This document shows, one piece after another, positions 55,601 through 64,000 of a DNA stretch of 64,000 bases. This DNA comes from Podarcis muralis (taxonomy: Eukaryota). Under the pieces are notes generated by a model. That model saw only the letters and a program-made list of their open reading frames with translations, was not told the DNA's origin and searched no databases. Each line of letters begins with the position of its first letter. The first letter of the stretch is position 1. The stretch is taken from positions 6,386,001-6,450,000 of the forward strand of contig NC_135667.1 in assembly GCF_964188315.1 (NCBI RefSeq), read 5' to 3'. Both the position numbers and the translations under genes were made by a program.

Positions 55601-58600
55601 TAATATTAATTTACATATGTCTTACATTTATGTTATTTTTCCTTCTTATTATCCTGTATATGACAATAATACAGTATGCGTTGATACAACAAAACAGAAA
55701 AGCAAAACAAAAACAAAAAAGCCAAATACTATGATGTGTTACGAAGTACCTTGACAAGCAGACATAAAAAGCTTTCCATCACGGGAATAAATCCCACAGA
55801 ACGCCTTCTGGGAGTAGGAATCGGTGAAGGACAAGTGGTTGGGGAGAAAGCTGGAAGAAGAGCAAAGTCTGAGTTATTAAAGGGTTCTTCCCCTAAAATC
55901 ATTATCTCACCCACCTCACTAGGCCTTCTCTTCCAAATACTCACTGTGACGCCACTCGGGAGCATTCCCCACGAGAGAAGCTGCTGTTGTGGCAGAGGCC
56001 GCGCTCCCTCTGCGGTGGAAGGAAGGAAGGAAAAGAAAAGGAGTAAGTAATTCAACAAGGCTCTGCCTGCAGTTTTCATACACTGAAAGATCTGCTCTCC
56101 AGACAGCCCCACCCTCAAGTGGATTTCTGCGTCTTTAAGCTACGAGAACCTCTTGTTTTCCTAGCCCAGGGGTCTGCAACCTTTAAGACAAAAAGAGCCA
56201 CTTGGACCCGTTTCCGAAGAAAAAAAAACTGGGAGCCGCAAAACTCGTCATTATAAAAATAACGTTTTTGTCACTTTTTTTTATTATTTCTTTGTTTGAC
56301 CCCTCAGAATTACTCCTCCTCATAGAAATAAACGTTAAATTAACAAGTTACCTTTTTTTTGTGTGTGTGTTCTTCACTCCCCTTCAAAACAGTGACCAGC
56401 GTACATGCCCCTTACAATGTAGCGGGCGGGAAGGTGACGTTGGGACGGTGCGTGACTAACGCACGCACCGCCCCTATGCGACGTCACAGCCAGTACAGCG
56501 CCCGCCACAGTGGGGAGTGTCGGGGCGCACAATGCGCCTCCTCCCCTCGCTAGTATCCGCCCCGGAGCCGCGGCAAAGGTGTAAAAGAGCCACATGCGGC
56601 TCCGGAGCCACAGGTTGCAGACCCCTGTCCTAGCCTAATATTGGCATCCCCAAGAAGGGAACAGGAACCTTGCAAAGCAGTCGAGGGATGCTATGCTCAG
56701 TCTGTCCCGAGCCCAGCCTGCCTGTTGCCAACTGGATGTGTGTTTTGATCTCGTTGCACTCCAGGTCGTGAGTGTCTGGCGTCAAATCCACTGCAAGTAA
56801 AAGAAAGAGAGGAAGATCGGACAGGTTGAGAACGAGACCCCCAATTGCCCTGTTGCCCGATAAACTCAGATGGCACCCTCACATGTTCCACAGGCTCTCT
56901 TACGTTAAAACAAGTTACCGGCCAGTACCTGGAGGTTTGTAGTGATTTCCAAGTCGCCCTTCCCAGGCACTGTCATTGTCGTCGTCCGAGTCCGAGAGCG
57001 TCTGGACCAGACGGACACTGGCTGCTCCCCCGCCCTGCATCAAGTGAAATTGTCCTCTGGAGAGAAAAATTGGAAGTTTTAGGAATTACAAATCCGTTTT
57101 GCCCCTCCCCACATCACAACTCAGAGAGAGGTTATGGAGAGAGGCAGCCCCCAAATTTATTTGTTTCCTGTTCTCTGAAGGTGCCCACGAAGCAGCTTCT
57201 GAAGTTTTAATACAACAGCCAAGGAATGATTTCAACTGACGCCTACCCAGCTCAGGATCAGCTTAGGGTGCACCAACTAAGAGAGATGGGAACAGAGATG
57301 CAAATTTTAAACATAAACTATGGAGAGAATATCCTGCTATCTAAGGCTCCTACATCACTGTCCAACGATAGGGTCAATCTTGAGTAGATGACAGGATCCA
57401 AAAACAATCCAAAGGCTAAAAAGTTCAGGAAACAAGACTGGCATGAGAACATAAGTGCCCTGTTGGATCACACCAAAGGCCCATCTAGTCCAGCATCCTG
57501 TTCTTACAATGGCCAACCAGATGCCCCAATGGGAAACCCACAAGCAGAACTTGAGCCCAACAGCATCCTCACCTCCTGCGGTTTCCAGCAACTGGTATTC
57601 AGAGGCACAAGGCCTCCCAAAGTAGTACTACAACACAGGCTTTAGGCTAGTGGCCATTAACAGCCTCAAATTCATTTAAAGCCACACAAATTGGTGACCA
57701 GCACCGCCTCTTGTGGGACAGAATTACATAATCGTGAAGAAGTTGTTTGCCCTGAATCTTCTGACATTCAGTTCATTGGATGCCTCTGGATTGTAGTATT
57801 ATTCATCACACCATACATAATTGTATACACATCTATCACGTCCCCAGCTTGCTTACTTTTAATCACAGGTGAATTGCTCCAACTCCAGAATCACTTTGCT
57901 TGCCCCTTTCTGAAGCTTTTCCAGCTCTACAGTATCCTTTCTGAGGTGAGCGAACTGTACACAGAATTCTAAGAGTGGTCATTACAGATATTGGCAGCCT
58001 TATTTTCAATTCCTTTCCAAACAATCCCTAACATGCAATCGCCTTTTTCACAGCAGTCACACTCTGGGCCAACGTTTTCACCAAACTATCCACTACGACC
58101 CACTGTCTCCTCGATAGTCACCAGAAGCTCAAACTTCCTAACTGTATATGTGAAGATGTGATTTTTTTGCCCCAACGTGCATCACTTATACTTGTGTGCA
58201 TTGAATTGCACACTTATACTTGTGTGCAGTGAATTTTACTGCCCATTCATTCACCTATTTTAGAGGGGTACTTTTGGAGCACTTCTCAATCTCTTTTCGT
58301 CTTAACCACGCAAAAAACTTGCTATCAAAACAGTATCAGGAATCTCTTTTGTATATGCATAGCTGGCCAAAGCCAACCAGAATATTTAGTGTAGAGTTGG
58401 CTATAAATATTTTTAAAGTATTCCAAAGTGTTTTGTGGCCTACCTAAGGTGACATCAGAAACAGGGATAAAGAAGCCACAGATGAGGAAACCTTCACTTT
58501 TCTTGAATAAATTTCTAAAACTATGATGTTATGCGTCAAAACTTTGGATATCTCATCCTGCGCAATAGGTAGACAACTGAGAATTTTAACATCATGAGCA

Positions 58601-59341
58601 TACGAAGAAGTATGGCCCTGAACAACTTCTGCACAAGAAAATACAAAAACCCCTCTACTCTTAGAAAAGCAGCCATGGCACATGATGAGATCCAGCAAAA
58701 CACAATTAAATTCTGGTACGACCCCCTTACAACTGAGACTGCATCCCGGCTGATTTGTAAAACATAAACCTGGACTGTGACCCTTATTTCCACACTTCCA
58801 AACTATTTGGCTTCTGTGTTTTTTAACAAAGCGTCAAGGAAGTCTGTACACTCAGTTATGCTCCCTGGATCCTTAATCATCATCCCATCTCCTTGAATCC
58901 ATGCATGAATTCATTCCCCGACACACATATCTTCAAAATCCTAGCTCTGTGAGAAATCAGCTGAGAATGGATTTTCCAGTAGGGTCTCATGAGTCTCCAC
59001 GCCAGCAGATTCCACTTACTGAGAGGACTGAGTTATCGTTGTCCAGATTAATAGACCAGACAGAAAAGGCATAACAAATTCCCTTCCTCTTCCTGCCTTG
59101 AGATTCTGCACGAGTCTGAAACAGCATCCGCTGCCAGAGGCATCCCTCGTATCCCTAATTTGACTAAAAAGTGGGGCGGGGGTGTGAGTTACCTGCGCAG
59201 TAGATATGCCAATACCTGGGCCAGATCCACATCCTCGTCGTCTTCTTCCTCGCTGCGCAGTATCCCCGAGTCCCTTCGAGACCAGCTCCCCTGGTTATCC
59301 CGGCCCCCCGAGCCAGCGTTGCTACTACTGCGGGAGCCCAT
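45112..59341 (-). CDS. DCAF11: DDB1- and CUL4-associated factor 11 (WDR23), WD40 protein, 14 coding exons, 536 aa
   Basis: Exons in transcript order: 59193-59341, 56929-57056, 56669-56790, 55945-56009, 55750-55850, 54679-54825, 54508-54562, 54358-54426, 52747-52804, 50254-50439, 48967-49120, 48709-48861, 47124-47230 (GC donor), 45112-45228; total 1611 nt. Contains DVDLAQVLAYLLRRGQ, KARDVGWSVLDVAFTPDG, IESHEDDVNAVAFAD and HKACVRDVCWHP. Confidence 0.96.
45402..45643. mobile_element. Tc1/mariner MITE family A
   Basis: TA-flanked TIR CAGTGGTACCTC. Confidence 0.85.
46376..46617. mobile_element. Tc1/mariner MITE family A
   Basis: TA-flanked TIR CAGTGGTACCTC. Confidence 0.85.
47392..47736 (-). mobile_element. 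Sauria SINE
   Basis: Reverse-complement consensus match; flanks ATTT(C/A)TCCCTT. Confidence 0.88.
48236..48281. repeat. (AAC)n microsatellite
   Basis: Read directly from the sequence. Confidence 0.9.
49425..49920 (+). mobile_element. L2 3' fragment
   Basis: ORF 49362..49724: FKVLILIYKGLNGSGPQYL...AFSAVAPYLWHALP. Confidence 0.78.
50506..50839 (+). mobile_element. Sauria SINE
   Basis: Consensus match; in a DCAF11 intron. Confidence 0.88.
51950..52304. mobile_element. Tc1/mariner MITE family B, different internal sequence
   Basis: TA-flanked TIRs with repeated CGCAAGACGA subterminal motifs. Confidence 0.8.
52561..52608. repeat. (TG)n microsatellite
   Basis: Read directly from the sequence. 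Confidence 0.9.
53867..54334 (+). mobile_element. hAT (Charlie-like) MITE, TIR CAGGGGTCTGCAACC, TSD GACTGGG(C/G)
   Basis: TIRs present; 7/8 TSD match; near-identical to 56167-56627. Confidence 0.82.
56167..56627 (+). mobile_element. hAT (Charlie-like) MITE, TSD TCCTAGCC
   Basis: TIRs and a perfect 8-bp TSD. Confidence 0.85.
58230..58810 (-). mobile_element. Old, degraded L1-like ORF2 fragment
   Basis: Fragmentary peptides (RRMRYPKF; AMAAFLRVEGF); AT-rich; many stops. Confidence 0.4.
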
Positions 59342-59573
59342 GTCTTAAGGCATTCTTCACGGTTTGTGTCCGGTGTGTTCTTCACTTCCTGGAGCTCAGG
59401 AACCAAACGGAGGGAGCAAGTCCTTCCTGAAAAGGAAAATCCTGAGCCACTAATTGCAGAACTTTGTACGCAGTACGGGGGGGGGGGGCGAAGCGGGAGA
59501 GAGAGCAGCGTTCGTTCTTCTTCACATGAAGGATTCCCTGCCTCTTACCAATCAAATCTATCCTCACTCAGAA

Positions 59574-59617
<44 letters not shown>

Positions 59618-59929
59618 TTATTATCTATACCCCGCCCATCTGGCTGAGTTTCCCCAGCCACTCTGGGCGGCTCCCAATCAAATGTTAAAAGCAGTACAGC
59701 ATTAAATATTTTAAAAAGTATTGCTCTTTAAAAAATTAAAATTGTACCACAGCTTCTCACTATAGCAGACTTTAACCCCACATCCAGAAGCCAAACATTC
59801 CCCTCATTTGTTTCCATGGGGCGCCCACTGCTTCCCATAGCCATACGCCCCCCCCCCCCAAAAAAATTCACCCCCTTTTCATCTTCACCAATCACAGCCT
59901 CCAATACTGAAAGGGCTCCTCAGCTCCCA

Positions 59930-60860
59930 TATCGAGGTGCCCTTATCTAGACGTCAGCCAGCCACCCACCCCGTCCTCTACGTGACTATAACCACAGCCC
60001 CAGGCAACCAATAAAGGGCTCGTAGACCTGCCGAACCCATTAAAGTACTTTTTTCAGACACCTGGGTCCTCTCCACCAATGGGCACGGCCGTTGCTCACG
60101 GCTCCTCCAATCAACAGACGCCATAGAGCAGGGACACTCTTGCTCAGTTGCCGCCGCCGCCGCCGCCCCCCGCAACGTTCTGTCCCAACTGCCCTCTCGT
60201 CACAACCAATCAGGACGCCTTTCGCATTTAACCTTGGCTCTTACCGAACTGCTCCCCCCCCTCCCGTCGCGCGCCCACCTTATCCAATCAAAAGCCTGCC
60301 CCCCACCTTTTCCGGGAGCGCGAGACCCTCCTCACCCTCTAACGGCCGCTGCGCGAGGCCTTGTTTACATCTTAAGGCGACAGCCGCCTCTAACCGGAGT
60401 GGAGAAGTGAGATAGGGCGGGCCGCGCCGGCTGAGAATTGATTGGCCACCGTTCACCACCCCACGTGGGTTAGAGTGCGGGGCTTTAAAAAGACTTGCTC
60501 TTCCTTGATTGGCTGCTGAGGCTCCTTCCTCGCTTAAGACGAGGGGCAGGGACAGAACCGTTAAGCGATAAACTAGGCAATAAGGTGAATGGGCCGCCGA
60601 TTGGACAGAGCGAGCGGATGACTCGTAAGAAAGGCGGGCAGCTGGCCGAAGGGGCGCTCTCGGATTGGTTCCCGGTAAGCTTGATCGATTGCTCGGGCTA
60701 GTTGCGTAACCTCCGCCATTATCGTCAGAGCAGGATGATTGACGTCTCGGGTTAGAGGCGGGCTCCTGGGGGGCGGGGCAGTGGCTTACTCTCTGATTGG
60801 ACAGTGGTGAAATGATTGACGTTGCTAAGGCAGGTTACGAGTTCTATAGTGTAAACGCAG
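59930..60860. promoter_or_regulatory. DCAF11 CpG island promoter with 10 CCAAT boxes and a probable non-coding exon 1 (minus-strand donor GTAAGA at 60239-60244)
   Basis: CpG-dense. CCAAT at 60008, 60076, 60107, 60206, 60284; ATTGG at 60441, 60508, 60600, 60664, 60796. Confidence 0.7.
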
Positions 60861-63800
60861 GTGTTTCAAAATCAAATAGCTTCGGTTTGTAGACCGGCTA
60901 CCCCCGTCTTTAATCAGAGCCTTTTGTTGCCCTGCCCTCATGCAAAATGTGCTGCTTCTCTTGTGCGCCTTAAGTATCTCTTGACCCACAAAACGTATTC
61001 ACGCGTTTCCTGCACGTGTGAATGCTCTAACTCCTTTGGAATCCTGCCAAACTCGGTGTGCAGAAGCCTAGTGACGCTTTCAGCTAAAAACCCTACCACT
61101 CCGTGCCCCAGCCATTGGCTACTTCCTTCCCTGTTCCCTTCATATATTGGCCCCCTATCTCAACTTTTAAATTGTAAGCTCTTCAGGGCAGGGACCTTGC
61201 CCTCTCGTGCTCCTTAAAGCACCACACATACTGATGGTGCTGTATTCAGACTATGGCTGTGTACATGGCAGCAGCTTAAAACACAGCAAGGTTGACTCTC
61301 ATTTGTACACTGCCTTGCACACTGGATATGAAATTCATTCTGGGCATGCTCAGCAGCTGCCTCCGATGTACACACCTCCGCTTACCTGCAAAGTGAACAC
61401 AACGTTCGTTCTCAATTGGATGTGACCCGGTTTGAGGGACAGTGCGTCAAACAAGTATTTCTCAAGATACTGCAGGATCGATATGGATTGAGGCTAACAT
61501 CATCATCATCATAATTTATTTGTACCCCACCCACGGCCCAAGGGAAATTGGCTTGCAAGTTAAACAGGGCTAGGAACCAAGTTTTATCAGCCGGCCTTAT
61601 GTAAACCTCTGCAATTGTCATTTAAAGATACAGTAACCTTATTGCAGAAAATATAAGAAGCTGAAGTATAGTGTTCACCCTGTCGTGCCTTTATATTTTA
61701 GAATAATGTGTTGTTAATTTTGTTTAATTATAAAAGTGTGCCTGACTGGTTCTGCGCCACGTCAATAATACTGCAGCTACTAACTCAGCATTTCATACTG
61801 GTTTGATGTTGGTGTTGTGGACGTGTCTGCAACACACTTTGAAAATTCATCGTACATGGTAGATACACACCAACCTACTGAATACTCTCCATTAGCATGG
61901 GACCTTGCACATGCCATTGATTTAAAACGCTCATTTCCATTTATTTGTTGATATTTTTATTCTCATTCGTGTTTGTTATTAACAGAATAATGTGCATTTG
62001 ATTTGATTGGGTGTGTGTTAAAAAATAAAAAATTAAGCTGCAGTCAAATAGCGAGCTCACACTCCAAGTTTCTTTCCAGTTGCTGCCTCACTTCTGGTTG
62101 AAATTCCACCAGTAAAAGTGTAGCCATACCTAATTTTCCTTCTTTTCTGCCCTCCTTGCTTACTTTCCCCAACACCCCCCTGAAAGACTGTCACTTCTAC
62201 CAGGGATGGAGGGGAAGAAATATAAAACCCCATTAATCATTTGCATATGTTAATTCCCTGAAATGTAAGCAAAGTGTATTCAGAACAGAGGGGGTGATTC
62301 TCCCAACTGTAACCCACATATAGGAATGTAAAGAAGAGGGGGAAAATTAAAATTATAACACTGAGCACCAGTTAAAACAACAACAACCACCCACCATATC
62401 TGATAACCAGCAGGCGGAATTATTTGCTGTAACAGACTCACATGGCTGTTTGGTGAGTGAGGACTCACGTCATGTAACTCACTTCTCTCATCAGACATCC
62501 CAATATGTGTAATAGGCGAAAAGCTGCCTTGTTGCGTGCAAAAACCTCCTCTAGCTATTGGCTGCACTGCTGTGATGTCACTCAATGTTCACGGAAATTC
62601 TAAATGCTCCGGTGGGGAATGTTAGCAATCGAATGTTGAGACAGACAGAGCAGGTTAGGTAAACAGTGTCCTAGCTGAATTCTGAAGAAGGTCGATGGTG
62701 GAGTAATGGCCACGGGGAACCGAAACCTTGACCAAATATAAAACCAAAGGCGGGCAACAAGTTTAACTTGAGTAGCATATTTTAGCCCACAAAGGATGCT
62801 GTTCTTATCTCACGTGTCCTAACAACAGCCCTGCGGGGTAGGTGAGGCTGAGAGTAGTTTTATCCAAGGCTCTGGCATGAGCAACGTAATGAAGGAAAGA
62901 TTCGATTCAGCGTCTCCCCAGTCCAGGACCAGAACTCTCTCTGGCTGGTGTCTGATGGGTGGGTGAACTATAAAGTTTGACTCTGAGTTGTTAATTTACC
63001 CAAAAGCCAACATGGGCGTACAGTATAAGTCTTCTGGAGAAGGCTGACTTGTTTGCTCGGGAATTTAATTGTCCCACACCTACTTGGCAGACAACTACTT
63101 TCTGGGGAACGAGCAAATCTGAAGTTGGGTAGAACCATTTTTTTTGGTATGGAACGGTTGCTGTGCTGGAGATGATGGTGGAGATTGAGTAATAAGGCTC
63201 GTTGGGCTTTCAGAAAACGGACTGGGCCGAGTTGCCATCATGCCGTGAAACGTTCTGACTTCGCAGCCCCCAGAACACACACAGAGAGAGGATCCAAGCT
63301 CCAAATGGGTGTTGCCCGCTTCAGTTACAAAATTTGAAAGGCAGGCAACGAAATTATGGTTTTGGGAATGAGCTTGATGGTTTAGTCGCATTCCGCCTCA
63401 CACACCCCATTCGCAGGTTTGAAGCTAGATAAGTGTGGGGATCAGAGGCTGAGTGTACAAAGTGCAACTCTGGTAAACTTGGAACCGAAACAGCAATTGG
63501 CGTCTTGGGCTAAAAAAAAAAAAAACCCAGAGGAGGGGAGGGTACTCCTGCTTGTGGATCCCGCCCACCACAGGGCCATCTGATTGGCTGCTGTGAGAAC
63601 AGGATGCTGGAGGAGATCAGCCACTGGCGTGATCCAGCAGGCTCTCCTTACATTCTTGTGGACATTTGAAGTGCAAAAATTTGCTCTCCAGCGCGGAAGA
63701 ACCCTCGAAACCTTTCCCCCCATTTCCTGATTTACAAACCATAAATCCAGCGGGAAGCACCACATATTGGGTGGTTAAAGTATGATGTTGTCAAATGCCC

Positions 63801-64000
63801 TACAATATCTTACGGGCCTCATGAGATTGGTCCCTTATGTGTGATGTTCAAGTAAGCCAATGTAAAGGAGGTCCGAAAGAGGGGGAAATGTGGGTTTAAA
63901 CAGCCAAGGGGTTTTGGGGAGGAAGGGCAGGCGTTGGCATGAAACCTCACGCCAGCTAAAAAGATCGCGGAACGGATTCCCGAGGGAGCATAGTACATTC

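Noticed and set aside
60900-64000. PCK2 or NRL exons expected by human synteny
   Set aside because: No recognisable coding exons found in this interval.

Overview
Squamate genomic DNA, probably from a lacertid lizard. This is inferred from abundant Sauria SINEs plus L1, L2, BovB, Rex-Babar and Penelope remnants. The window holds five complete, intact spliced genes in the same order as the human 14q11-12 cluster: PSME2 (+, 11 exons, 239 aa), EMC9 (+, 5 coding exons, 210 aa), PSME1 (-, 11 exons, 252 aa), FITM1 (-, 2 exons, 286 aa) and DCAF11/WDR23 (-, 14 coding exons, 536 aa). I traced all exon boundaries by hand and the reading frames close. The rest is a dense layer of transposable elements: 13 Sauria SINEs, tRNA-headed CR1-tailed SINEs, Tc1/mariner and hAT MITEs with TSDs, solo LTRs, a Penelope hairpin and nested insertions. 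Most noteworthy observations: (1) two inferred GC-AG introns; (2) an inverted pair of near-identical hAT elements bracketing the in-frame exon 5-7 block of PSME1, a candidate for circRNA or exon skipping; (3) matching IRF/ISRE motifs at both PA28 genes, with the same LTR family next to both promoters; (4) SINEs that share one CR1-like tail but carry different tRNA heads; (5) possibly overlapping EMC9/PSME1 3' ends; (6) a mirror-symmetric CCAAT array at the DCAF11 promoter. No wholly new gene system could be supported from the sequence alone.
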